From IMG/VR virus record IMGVR_UViG_3300045541_000260, positions 5,929 through 69,928 of that record: a stretch of DNA of 64,000 nt; one strand, written 5' to 3'. The notes under the pieces are model-generated. The model ran no database searches, was not told the origin of the DNA, and saw only the letters and a program-made list of their open reading frames with translations. Made by a program: the position numbers and the translations under genes. The stretch's first letter is position 1, and every line of letters starts with the position of its first letter. The stretch is from a virus. Shown piece after piece: positions 55,057 to 64,000 of this stretch.

Positions 55057-55671
55057 ATGGAAAATATTTCTTATCAGATACACAAATTTGATCAACAAAC
55101 TGCTATTGCTGAGTTTGATATTACTGATATCGATAACGCCAAATTAGTAGAACTAATTGATGAGTATAAAAATAATCACAAAAGTATTGAGTCAAATGTT
55201 AATGCTTGGCATTATGGTTGGTTGGTTCATTTAGATTCTCGATTTGATTTCTTAACATCAGCAATTGAAAAATGTACAAAAATTTTCTTAAAAGAAATCT
55301 ATGCCGGCCAAAATGTGCCTGTACTGTACGAATCGTGGATTATCGATTATAAGTCACTTGATTTTACCAAAGAGCACAGTCATTTTCCTGCCACGTTGGC
55401 CTGTAGCTACTATATAGAAACTGACAATGATAGTTCACCGGCTATTGTATTTCCACATCTAAAAAAAGATTCTCAAGACATTAGTTTTGAATTTATTCCT
55501 AGTACAGGAAAATTAATAATTTTTCCAGGACATTTACTGCATAAGGTAAAACCAATGTTGCCAAGTCGCCATAAAACAAGAAAGGTATTTGCGGCAAACA
55601 TCGCATGTTTTAACGAAGCTTTTGTCAAAACAATCAATGCCACCCAAGTACTAACAAAATACGTAGAGTAA
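55057..55671 (+). CDS. 2OG-Fe(II) oxygenase (TIGR02466-like)
   Basis: HSH, FPG.LLH.V, R. Confidence 0.75.
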   Translation: MENISYQIHKFDQQTAIAEFDITDIDNAKLVELIDEYKNNHKSIESNVNAWHYGWLVHLDSRFDFLTSAIEKCTKIFLKEIYAGQNVPVLYESWIIDYKSLDFTKEHSHFPATLACSYYIETDNDSSPAIVFPHLKKDSQDISFEFIPSTGKLIIFPGHLLHKVKPMLPSRHKTRKVFAANIACFNEAFVKTINATQVLTKYVE

Positions 55672-55695
55672 AAATAATTTGACAAGGACAGAATA

Positions 55696-55875
55696 ATGAC
55701 TAGTTTAGAGAATACTAACCGGTGGATTCTTGACGTTCAAGAAGATCCTGCTACTGAAGAACTGTTTTTACAATTTCCACCTGACATGCTAGAAGTCACT
55801 GGATGGCAGGAAGGCGATGTCCTTGAATGGCACGACAACAAAGACGGTTCCTGGACTCTTAAAAAGAAACAATAA
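55696..55875 (+). CDS. AbrB/MazE-like small protein
   Basis: L.FP.D.L...GW.EGD.LEW; SD AAGGA. Confidence 0.6.
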   Translation: MTSLENTNRWILDVQEDPATEELFLQFPPDMLEVTGWQEGDVLEWHDNKDGSWTLKKKQ

Positions 55876-56438
55876 TGGATATTATGTTAGACATCGAGAC
55901 GTTGGCAACAACGCCAGATGCTGTAATTATTACACTAGGCGCTATTAGGTTTGATCCTTTTGCCGACGACCGCGAAAGCTTCGAGGGTGACAAGATCATC
56001 ATGGATACCTTTTATCGCCGCATTGATCCTGCCAGTTACGAAGGTATTCGACACAACATTGACGATGGTACATTGGCTTGGTGGGGACGACAAGTGCCCG
56101 AAGTTCGGCACGAAGCCTTTACTGATGACGATCGTCATCCCATACAAGAAGTTATGCGTGATTTTCATGTATGGTGCAAGAGCTTTGATAATATATGGGC
56201 AAATGGACCGGTGTTTGATATTGTAATGTTAGAACATGTTAACAGAGAACTCAAGCGTGGCTTTCCTTGGAAGTATTGGCAAGTGCGTGATGCCAGAACT
56301 GTTTATAGTCTAGTAGAACACGAACGCCCTAATCCCAGACTGCATCATGCTGCATGGGACTGCTGGAGTCAAATTGTGGCCTTGCAAAGTTGTTTTAGAA
56401 ATCTAAATATAACACGATATCCGGAGCGTAACAAGTGA
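55875..56438 (+). CDS. DEDDh 3'-5' exonuclease (RNase AS/Rv2179c-like)
   Basis: MLDIETL, WANG..FD, RD.RT, HHA..D. Confidence 0.85.
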   Translation: MDIMLDIETLATTPDAVIITLGAIRFDPFADDRESFEGDKIIMDTFYRRIDPASYEGIRHNIDDGTLAWWGRQVPEVRHEAFTDDDRHPIQEVMRDFHVWCKSFDNIWANGPVFDIVMLEHVNRELKRGFPWKYWQVRDARTVYSLVEHERPNPRLHHAAWDCWSQIVALQSCFRNLNITRYPERNK

Positions 56439-57280
56439 GTGAAAGTAGCGGCGTAAGAGAAGTATTGTTTGGTCTCGAAGAATACTTAAAATTTAGAAAT
56501 AACGAAGAACATGTAAAATTCATCAGAGATTTCGTTAAAATTCTAGACAGTGAAGATAGAGAAAAAGCACTATTAGAATACTGCATTAAAAACTTATCAT
56601 CTGTTGACAACAAAGATAAAATATTTCGCAGCATTTTTGATTATAAGAAAAAAGTCGACGGCGATGATATATATGATGCATTTAGTCGCAGCCAAATTAA
56701 AAGTAAGATTTGGCTTGTCGATGAATTAGAAAGTGTTAGGCAAAAATTACCCGATCCTGTGTACAAGCAGGTCGCGGTATTTGCAGGTTGGTATGGACAG
56801 ATAAAAAGCATCTATGATAAAAGGATAACTTATCGAAAGATGCGTATAGTCGAAATGGATCGAAATGCATGTGAAACCAGCGACTATATTTTTAATCTGT
56901 CTGAATTAGAAAATTACAAAGTTAAAAGTGTAAATGCTGATATCAATAATTTAACTCTACATAAAAACGGTTATGAGTGGGACGTAGAAAACTTTCGCGA
57001 AGGTACCAAATACAGCGAAAAGTTTTTGCCTGATTTAATTATCAATACCAGTGCCGAACATATGAAAGAAGATTGGTTCTTTCAAATTAAGTTTAAAGAA
57101 CTGGAAAGTAATCCAATCGTAGCTATCCAAAGTAATAATCTTTTTGATATTCCGGAACATATCAATTGTGTTCACAGCATAGAGCACATGAAAAAGAAAT
57201 TTCCCATGCGCGAAATACTTTATGAAGGTGAACTTCAATTAAAAGGATACAAGCGAGTAATGCTTATCGGAAGGCCTTGA
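56435..57280 (+). CDS. hypothetical protein, methyltransferase-like
   Basis: DAFS..Q..SK.WL, AGWYG, INTSAEH, QSNN. Confidence 0.55.
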   Translation: MSESSGVREVLFGLEEYLKFRNNEEHVKFIRDFVKILDSEDREKALLEYCIKNLSSVDNKDKIFRSIFDYKKKVDGDDIYDAFSRSQIKSKIWLVDELESVRQKLPDPVYKQVAVFAGWYGQIKSIYDKRITYRKMRIVEMDRNACETSDYIFNLSELENYKVKSVNADINNLTLHKNGYEWDVENFREGTKYSEKFLPDLIINTSAEHMKEDWFFQIKFKELESNPIVAIQSNNLFDIPEHINCVHSIEHMKKKFPMREILYEGELQLKGYKRVMLIGRP

Positions 57281-57358
57281 CAATGCTGGCTAATAAATAT
57301 ATACTTGCTGTTTATAGAGGCCTTGACGCTCATCCCTCTCTAAATATTCTGCGTGTCA
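57277..57358 (+). promoter_or_regulatory. sigma70 promoter plus preQ1-I-like pseudoknot leader of queD
   Basis: TTGACA-17-TATACT; AGAGG/CCTCT stem, loop TGACGC complementary to downstream GCGTGTCA. Confidence 0.5.
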
Positions 57359-57386
57359 TTGCTATTTGATGTAAGGAGAAATAACA

Positions 57387-57890
57387 ATGGCAAATTTACC
57401 TCGAACTTATAAATGGACCAGTACCAAAGAGTACCACGATGCTTTTCCTTGTGCTTATCGCCAGTGGAGAGCCGATAGTCATTGTAATCTAATTCACGGT
57501 TACAGCTTTTCGATGAAGTTCTATTTTGGCACAGACGATTTGGATGTGCGTAATTGGGCTGCTGATTATGGCGGTCTTAAAGAACTTAAACGAGTCTTAG
57601 AAGACCAGTTTGACCATACGCTAATTGTAGCACAGGATGATCCGGAACTAGAGACATTCAAACTGCTACAAGAAAAGAAAATGGCTAAGATTGTAGTGCT
57701 ACCTCGCTTGGGTTGTGAAGGCCTTGCGGATCAGCTTTACAAATATGTCAATGGCGTTTATATTCCTGAAATGTGGGGACCAGGTGAAGCAGAACGCTTG
57801 TGGTGCTATCGCGTAGAAGTACGCGAAACACAGGCTAATATGGCTTATCGCGAAGGTCATCGCGAGTGGAATGAAGATTTGTTTGCCTAA
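57387..57890 (+). CDS. queD: 6-carboxytetrahydropterin/6-pyruvoyl-tetrahydropterin synthase
   Basis: HC.LIHGY, DYGGLK, FDH, GCE.LA, V.ET. Confidence 0.85.
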   Translation: MANLPRTYKWTSTKEYHDAFPCAYRQWRADSHCNLIHGYSFSMKFYFGTDDLDVRNWAADYGGLKELKRVLEDQFDHTLIVAQDDPELETFKLLQEKKMAKIVVLPRLGCEGLADQLYKYVNGVYIPEMWGPGEAERLWCYRVEVRETQANMAYREGHREWNEDLFA

Positions 57891-57981
57891 ACTAATTTAG
57901 CCAAAAGACATTATCTACTAGTATAATTACTGATGTAGAGCACTAAGTATTTACAAGATGCTCTACTAGTTGAGGTTTTTA

Positions 57982-58326
57982 ATGTCAGGTTGTTTTACTT
58001 GTTTGAATTGCGGAAAAGTTAATACAGTTAAAGGTCATAGTTATACCAACAAATACTGTAACAACAGTTGCCAACAGCAACACCGCAGTAGACTATTAGT
58101 TAAAGAATGGAAAGAACAGGAAACAACGACAACCTGGCGGCAAATACCCGACTGGGTTAGGAAATACCTAATCAATGCTCGTGGCCACAAGTGTGCAGTA
58201 TGTGGCAATACTTCGCACAATGGTATGGCTATACCCTTAGTTGTAGATCATTTAGATAATAACTCGCAAAATAATAGCGAAGACAATTTGCAATTGATTT
58301 GCCCTAATTGTCGTTCGCAGAAATGA
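57982..58326 (+). CDS. HNH endonuclease-like protein
   Basis: KYC...CQ, C..C, VDH.D.N..NN...NL.LICPNC. Confidence 0.75.
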   Translation: MSGCFTCLNCGKVNTVKGHSYTNKYCNNSCQQQHRSRLLVKEWKEQETTTTWRQIPDWVRKYLINARGHKCAVCGNTSHNGMAIPLVVDHLDNNSQNNSEDNLQLICPNCRSQK

Positions 58327-58351
58327 TTCATTTTAACATAAGGAGAATTTA

Positions 58352-58897
58352 ATGAAAACAGTGGGTGATAAACTAGAAGCCTTTGCAGTAACCGGTGTTA
58401 AGCCTGGCGCTTTAACCCCGGACAATGCTTTTGAAACAATTACAGAAAAGAGTTTTGAAGGCAAATGGAAAGTTATCGTATTCTATCCCAAGGATTTTAC
58501 ATTTGTATGTCCTACAGAGATTGTTGCGTATGACAAGTTGGTTGGTGATTTTGCTGACCGTGATGCAGTTCTGCTAACAGGCAGCACAGACAACGAGTTC
58601 TGTAAGCTAGCATGGCGCACACATCACGAAGACCTAAAGAAGACAAATAGCTGGATGTTTGCTGATGTTGCTCGCGGCGAACTAAGTCTTGCTGAACAGC
58701 TAGGTGTATTCTACGCACCAGCAGGCGCTGCCCTTCGTGCTACATTTATTGTTGATCCTGACAATGTTATTCAGCATGTCACAGTCAACAACTTAGATGT
58801 TGGTCGTAGCCCAGACGAAACTCTGCGTATTCTAGACGCATTGCAAACTGGCGAGCTATGCCCATGTAATCGTGCTATTGGTGGCGAGACACTATAA
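58352..58897 (+). CDS. ahpC: peroxiredoxin
   Basis: FYPKDFTFVCPTE, RATFIVDP, VGR, GELCP. Confidence 0.93.
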   Translation: MKTVGDKLEAFAVTGVKPGALTPDNAFETITEKSFEGKWKVIVFYPKDFTFVCPTEIVAYDKLVGDFADRDAVLLTGSTDNEFCKLAWRTHHEDLKKTNSWMFADVARGELSLAEQLGVFYAPAGAALRATFIVDPDNVIQHVTVNNLDVGRSPDETLRILDALQTGELCPCNRAIGGETL

Positions 58898-59538
58898 TGT
58901 TAGAAACTGTTTCTGAATTATTTCAAGAAGCATACAAGCGGAACTGGATTACTGCCCGAGACGGCAATGCCAGTATCCGCTGGCATGACAGAGATCATTT
59001 CTATATCACTCCTAGTGGCATCAGAAAACAAACTCTGCAGCCGGAAATGTTTAAGAAAATTAAACTAGAACGTGTGCCACATGCTGCTCCTCCATTTTAT
59101 CTGTATGGTTGGCAGGAAACAGACTACACAGACATTAGTAAAAATCTCAGGCCCAGCGGCGAACTACCTTTACATCTAGCATTACAAAAAGAAATAGATA
59201 CTGAAGTCAGAGTGGTGCTTCATATGCATCCAACTTATACGGTGGCTGCTATGTATGCTGGCATTGAGCTCAGCGAGCTTGTAAAAGAATTTCCGGAGTT
59301 AGGTCGTTATACAACAGTTGGCAAGAATGTGCCTGATGTGCCACCTATTAGCCAAGCATTAGCTGATGCTACAATTCCGGCACTGGGTCTGGACACTAAA
59401 GGTCATGTTGGCAAACATATTGTTGGCATTGACCGTCATGGTGTTGTAGCAGTTGATACCAGCCCATGGCGTGCGTTTGAACATATTGAACGCTTAGAAC
59501 ACATCTGCAAAATTGTATTATCGTCAAAAAGGATTTAA
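58897..59538 (+). CDS. class II aldolase/adducin family protein
   Basis: DGNAS, ITPSG, PS.E..LH, H.HP, HG. Confidence 0.85.
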   Translation: MLETVSELFQEAYKRNWITARDGNASIRWHDRDHFYITPSGIRKQTLQPEMFKKIKLERVPHAAPPFYLYGWQETDYTDISKNLRPSGELPLHLALQKEIDTEVRVVLHMHPTYTVAAMYAGIELSELVKEFPELGRYTTVGKNVPDVPPISQALADATIPALGLDTKGHVGKHIVGIDRHGVVAVDTSPWRAFEHIERLEHICKIVLSSKRI

Positions 59539-59539
59539 T

Positions 59540-59713
59540 ATGCAAGTTAGAGTAACAGAAAATATGGAAGAATTTGGTGCTTGCGGTTGCGGCCGCAGTC
59601 CAAATGGTAAGTGTATTGGGTGGCATGGCCTTACTGAAGAACAATATCAAGTAGAATTAGAAAAATATGAACTAAGTCTATTTGAGAATGAGGACGAAGA
59701 CGATCCTCTGTAA
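59540..59713 (+). CDS. CDGSH-like iron-sulfur protein
   Basis: CGCGRS....C.GWH. Confidence 0.55.
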   Translation: MQVRVTENMEEFGACGCGRSPNGKCIGWHGLTEEQYQVELEKYELSLFENEDEDDPL

Positions 59714-59722
59714 AGGAGAAAT

Positions 59723-60898
59723 ATGAGAATAGCAGTTGTTGGTGCAGGTATAGCAGGAATTACCGCAGCGTATTATGCTGCCGAGACTGGAGCTACTGTG
59801 GCAGTATTTGACCAAGAGCCTTATGCTGCTATGCGAACTAGCTTTGCCAACGGCGGCCAAGTTAGCGTTAGTAACAGTGAAGTTTGGACCACATGGAGTA
59901 ATGTTCGTAAAGGCATCCAATGGATGTTTAAGAAAGATGCTCCCTTGTTGATCAGGCCTGATTTCGAATGGGATAAAATTAAGTGGCTCGCTAAATTTTT
60001 AAAGCATACTGCCAACAACGAATATTATCAAAATACAGTTGATACTATTCGCATGGGTCTTGCTAGCCGGATTCTTTATAAAGATTTAATTGCTAGAGAA
60101 AAATTAGAGTTTGACCAAACACCTGCAGGCATCTTGCATTTTTATAAAGATCGCAGTTATTTCGATCATGCTATTAAAGCACAGGCAATATATGATCAGG
60201 AAGAATGCGAATGGACAATGTTAACTCCTGAGCAAGTCCATGCCAAAGATCCTGCGCTAGCTAACATTACAGACATTGTTGGCGGCGCCTGGACTGGCGA
60301 TGATTGGACTGGTGACATACACAAGTTCTGTTATCTACTGGCTAAAAATTTAAAATCTCGTAGTAATGTGTTGTTTTACTATAATCATGATGTTGATTCT
60401 ATAAATGAATTACTAATAGATTTTGATGCTGTTATAGTAAGTGCTGGTGTTGGTAGTAAAAAATTGGCCAAGACTATTGGCGACGACTTGCCTATATATC
60501 CAGTCAAAGGTTATAGCATTACTATCAACAATGTTGACAGTCGGAATCTTCCTCGAGTCAGTTTGTTAGATGACCAAGCTAAGATTGTTACCAGCACACT
60601 GGGAAATAGACTGCGTGTTGCTGGCACTGCCGAACTTGCTGGAGAAAACTATGACATTAGGCGAGATAGAATTGAACCACTATTAAAGTGGGTTCATGAA
60701 AATTTTCCAAAGATTAACACACACGACTACAGTACATGGGCTTGTTTGCGTCCTATGACACCTAACATGTTACCTATTGTTCGAGCCAGTGATAAAAATA
60801 GCCGAGTATTTTATAACACTGGGCACGGACACTTAGGCTGGACCCTAGCACCTTATACTGCAAAGAAAATTGTCGACAAAATTATAAAAGGAGAATAA
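59723..60898 (+). CDS. dadA: D-amino acid dehydrogenase
   Basis: GAGIAG, TSFANGG, YPVKGYS, LRPMTP, NTGHGHLGWT. Confidence 0.9.
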   Translation: MRIAVVGAGIAGITAAYYAAETGATVAVFDQEPYAAMRTSFANGGQVSVSNSEVWTTWSNVRKGIQWMFKKDAPLLIRPDFEWDKIKWLAKFLKHTANNEYYQNTVDTIRMGLASRILYKDLIAREKLEFDQTPAGILHFYKDRSYFDHAIKAQAIYDQEECEWTMLTPEQVHAKDPALANITDIVGGAWTGDDWTGDIHKFCYLLAKNLKSRSNVLFYYNHDVDSINELLIDFDAVIVSAGVGSKKLAKTIGDDLPIYPVKGYSITINNVDSRNLPRVSLLDDQAKIVTSTLGNRLRVAGTAELAGENYDIRRDRIEPLLKWVHENFPKINTHDYSTWACLRPMTPNMLPIVRASDKNSRVFYNTGHGHLGWTLAPYTAKKIVDKIIKGE

Positions 60899-60900
60899 TT

Positions 60901-61419
60901 ATGACAGCATGGGTAGATGCATTAAAGGAACAGAGTATTCCCGAATATGCCAAAGATACTAAGTTAAACTTAGACGCAGTTATCAAGCGTAGCACATTGC
61001 CAATTGAAGAAGCCGAAGCTATTGCTGTAGCTGCTGCATTTGCCACAGGCAATAGCAAGTTCTGGACTTGGTTACACAGTCAGATTACTGATAGAACAGA
61101 AGCTGATGCGGCCTTGACTGCTGCTAGTCTAATGGCCATGAACAATGCATGGTATCCATATGTTGAAATGGCAGATGATGCCAACCTTAAAGGCTTGCCT
61201 GCACAGCTACGTATGAATGCCATTGCCACACATGGCGGCACAACCAAGGCTAAGTTCGAAGCTTACAGTCTAGCGGCCAGTATTGTTGGCAAGTGTCATT
61301 TCTGTGTTAAGGCACATTATGAAACTTTAAAGCAAGAAGGTTACTCAACTGAGCAACTTCGCGACATTGGCCGCATTGCTGCGGTAATTACAGCAGTAAG
61401 CCGTGTTCTAGCAAATTAA
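60901..61419 (+). CDS. ahpD: alkyl hydroperoxide reductase D
   Basis: IPEYAKD.KLNL, LMAMNN, C..C...H. Confidence 0.9.
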   Translation: MTAWVDALKEQSIPEYAKDTKLNLDAVIKRSTLPIEEAEAIAVAAAFATGNSKFWTWLHSQITDRTEADAALTAASLMAMNNAWYPYVEMADDANLKGLPAQLRMNAIATHGGTTKAKFEAYSLAASIVGKCHFCVKAHYETLKQEGYSTEQLRDIGRIAAVITAVSRVLAN

Positions 61420-62048
61420 TTTTCGAATAAAGCTATAGCATCATTCCAATGGTGGATACGGTCGGCTAAACCGATTGTTCCACCATTTATTCTTTTGCTC
61501 AACAGCACAACGTCACCACGGTCGCAGATGTCATTCAATCTATTCTTATGCCAGAACCAGCAGGCACTGAGAATAGCATAGTCGGGTTCTGTAACTAAGT
61601 CTGGATTTTCCACTAGAGTGTCATCACCGAACAAGTCTCTGCTACATTGTGTGTAGTTGCTACGACCTGTAAGTTGGACCAGGCCGCGACCACGAAAGGT
61701 CCAGCCATCATTGCTGGCTTCTGGTCCGTTGCCCATACGGCCTCCATATACACGATTAGCAATCATCTGTTGTTTGCGTTCGTATTGTTTGGCAATGTCA
61801 TCATTAGGGAAATACTTGCCGAATATACCTCGTAGGCCTTTGGCACTATAATTTAAGTTTTCTGTAAGAATAGTAAAGTCTAAACTTTCATGCTGACACT
61901 GGCTGATAAATCCAGCTACACGGGCAGGCGTAACAATAGCAAACTTGGGCAGTTGTTCGGCTAAGCCTTCGTACCATTCTGTGGGGTTTTTATTCTTCTT
62001 AATTAGTTTTGCTAGCTTTTCAGCAGTAAAGTCAAAAGTAAATTCCAT
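61416..62048 (-). CDS. glycoside hydrolase family 19 endolysin
   Basis: Q..HES, ENLNYS, FRGRGL.QLTG..NY, INGG..GL.DR. Confidence 0.92.
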   Translation of the reverse strand: MEFTFDFTAEKLAKLIKKNKNPTEWYEGLAEQLPKFAIVTPARVAGFISQCQHESLDFTILTENLNYSAKGLRGIFGKYFPNDDIAKQYERKQQMIANRVYGGRMGNGPEASNDGWTFRGRGLVQLTGRSNYTQCSRDLFGDDTLVENPDLVTEPDYAILSACWFWHKNRLNDICDRGDVVLLSKRINGGTIGLADRIHHWNDAIALFEN

Positions 62049-62214
62049 CTAATTCTCCTCTTTACCATATTTATCCAGTACTAGTACCAATTTTGCTAAA
62101 TACTTGAGCAAGGAGCTATATGAGTTGGTTTAGACACAAACCCCCAAAACACCCTCCCTACAGGCCTAACCAACCCATTCCACAAAATCCTCAACCCACT
62201 GATAAGGAACAAAA

Positions 62215-62733
62215 ATGACAGAAGTTAAACCCCTAAGCCGCAGCGAACGCGAAGCAAAGATTAAAGACAAAGCTGGTTTTATCATTGTTATTCTGGCTGC
62301 TTTACTAGCAATCAATACGATGATTGGTGGACAGAACAGTAGCAAAATTATGAATAACACCATCGCTGCTAATAATCAATGGGCATGGTATCAAGCAAAA
62401 AATGTGCGTCAAGTACTGTATGAAACATCAGCAATGGAAGCTAAGATTCCCGAAAACAAAGAAAAGTTTTTAGCTGAAGCTACCCGTATGGAAGCAGACA
62501 AAAAAGAAATTATGGAAAAGGCCAAAGCCTTGGAAGCAGAGCGTGAAGTAGCTCGTAAGAAGAGCCCCTGGTTTACTTGGGGCGGTAGTATACTTCAAAT
62601 TGCCATCGTTCTATTAACTGCTAGTATATTGGCTGTAAGTATGCCTATGTTCTGGATCAGTGTAGTAGTTGGTAGCATGGGTAGTATATTTGTAAGTCAG
62701 GCACTATGGATGTGGTTGCCTATTGTCCTTTAA
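62215..62733 (+). CDS. DUF4337-like membrane protein
   Basis: WAWYQAK, LQIAIVL; TM helices. Confidence 0.7.
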   Translation: MTEVKPLSRSEREAKIKDKAGFIIVILAALLAINTMIGGQNSSKIMNNTIAANNQWAWYQAKNVRQVLYETSAMEAKIPENKEKFLAEATRMEADKKEIMEKAKALEAEREVARKKSPWFTWGGSILQIAIVLLTASILAVSMPMFWISVVVGSMGSIFVSQALWMWLPIVL

Positions 62734-62861
62734 GGAGTATATTATGTTAGAAACATTATTTTGGTTAGCAGTTGGTGCTTTTATAGGTTGGAATTTCCCT
62801 CAACCTCAATTCGCTAAGGATCTACAAGCAAAGCTAATGAGCATGTTTAAAAAGGATTAAT

Positions 62862-63137
62862 ATGGACTTTTTTAAATTAGTTGCTGATGTTGGCTTTCCT
62901 ATTGCTGCTGCTATAGCTGCTGGCTACTTTGTGTTTTTAACATTGAAGTTTATTCTAGCAGGTGTAACAAGTTCAGTAAACGGCATGGCAGGTATCATTA
63001 AAGGCCTGGATGCTCGTGTAGACACTATGACTAACGACCTTCAGCGTGTGGATGTTAAAATCAGTCACGCTCTGGGTTTACAACCCGACTATTATCGAAT
63101 TAGTCGTGCCGAACAGCAAGATCAAAGAAGAGATTAA
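62862..63137 (+). CDS. small membrane protein, possible holin
   Basis: VGFPIA TM segment plus coiled coil, near the endolysin. Confidence 0.45.
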   Translation: MDFFKLVADVGFPIAAAIAAGYFVFLTLKFILAGVTSSVNGMAGIIKGLDARVDTMTNDLQRVDVKISHALGLQPDYYRISRAEQQDQRRD

Positions 63138-63341
63138 GTATGGAATCAAAGGAGCAAGTAAATCTAACTATTCAAGATTTAATGGATCGAATAGTTCGAG
63201 ATTTAGTTGAACTAGAACAATACGAACAAACTGAAGTAATAGAAGAAACAATGAAAACATATGAGCAGTTGTATCAGCAGCTAGTAGAAATAAAAAAGAT
63301 GTAAATTAGATTTTTCACATCGATTAAAGGAAAGATTAAAA

Positions 63342-64000
63342 ATGCCAAAGAATCCATTTAAGAAAAGTACTTGGAAAAAAATCGGTAGTGATATTACCAA
63401 GACAGCAAATACTGTTGCTAATACAGTAACTCAAACAGCTAATACAGTAGTTAAAGAAACTACTAAAGCAGTCAATGTGGCTGGCAAAACCATTGTTGAT
63501 ACAAGTGGTAAACTAACTAAAGACGCAGAAAACCTAGCTAAGGATACAGTTAATACAATTCAAAAGACTGTGGTCAGTGATGCTGTTAAAGCCTATACTG
63601 AAACTACTAAGGCTGCTATGGCCAGCGCCAAAGTAGCAGAAGCTGCAATGGCAGATGTTGAAGCAGGTGCTAAATTAACAGGACAGATCCTAGAGCAAGG
63701 TGTTTACGAATTACAGGAAACCGGCGAATTAATTGCCGATTGGATTAACGAAAATTACTGCCAGATTGGTGTTAGTATTGCGTTAGGCACAATCTTTGCT
63801 GCCTTACTATATCGTCCTGAGCCTAGCAGTCAAGCAACAACTACGGCCGCAACAGCACCATTAAGTGCTACAGCTATTCTTTATCTAAGTGCTAAAGAAA
63901 CAGTCGGCGCAGCAGCATTAGGCACAGCTTGTGACTTAACTGCTAAAGCATTCGTCGAATTGATTTGGATGTCTAAGGATATACAAAAAGCCATTGGCAA
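63342..64000 (+). CDS. hypothetical Ala/Thr-rich protein (runs off window)
   Basis: ATG 63342 MPKNPFKKSTWKKIG...; frame open to the end of the window. Confidence 0.6.
   Translation, partial: MPKNPFKKSTWKKIGSDITKTANTVANTVTQTANTVVKETTKAVNVAGKTIVDTSGKLTKDAENLAKDTVNTIQKTVVSDAVKAYTETTKAAMASAKVAEAAMADVEAGAKLTGQILEQGVYELQETGELIADWINENYCQIGVSIALGTIFAALLYRPEPSSQATTTAATAPLSATAILYLSAKETVGAAALGTACDLTAKAFVELIWMSKDIQKAIG

Noticed and set aside
1-64000. Alternative genetic code / stop-codon reassignment
   Set aside because: Known genes are full length in the standard code, TAA, TAG and TGA all end genes, and no suppressor tRNA was seen.

Overview
A gene-dense 64-kb segment of a large (jumbo-type) lytic dsDNA phage. 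Near-perfect sigma70 promoters, an rrn-type boxA and proteobacterial-type auxiliary genes suggest a proteobacterial host. (1) 1-23 kb is an early/host-takeover region: guaC, clpP, an S11 peptidase, an aminoacyl-transferase-like protein, an amidinotransferase, tilS and many small ORFs, driven by a repeated TTGACACAAAAT-N11-TATAAT promoter. It includes two tandem arrays of small proteins ending in F-x-L-K-W-S. (2) 23.7-49.3 kb is a dispersed array of 27 tRNA genes covering all 20 amino acids. These are interleaved with structured non-coding RNAs, a free-standing endonuclease that appears to have replaced tRNA-Lys, and AT-rich modification enzymes (2OG-Fe(II) oxygenases, halogenase-like, sulfo-/methyl-/fucosyltransferase-like, QueC/QueG-like, SpeD). 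(3) 49-64 kb carries Fe-S/redox and nucleotide genes (erpA, fdxA, ahpC/ahpD, dCMP deaminase, queD, dadA) and a GH19 endolysin. The top candidate novel system is at 25422-25620: a 32-codon leader peptide using 19 of 20 amino acids, coupled to mutually exclusive antiterminator/terminator hairpins upstream of most of the tRNA genes. It looks like a general tRNA-depletion-sensing attenuator. All calls are by eye from motifs and base pairing; no searches or folding programs were run.
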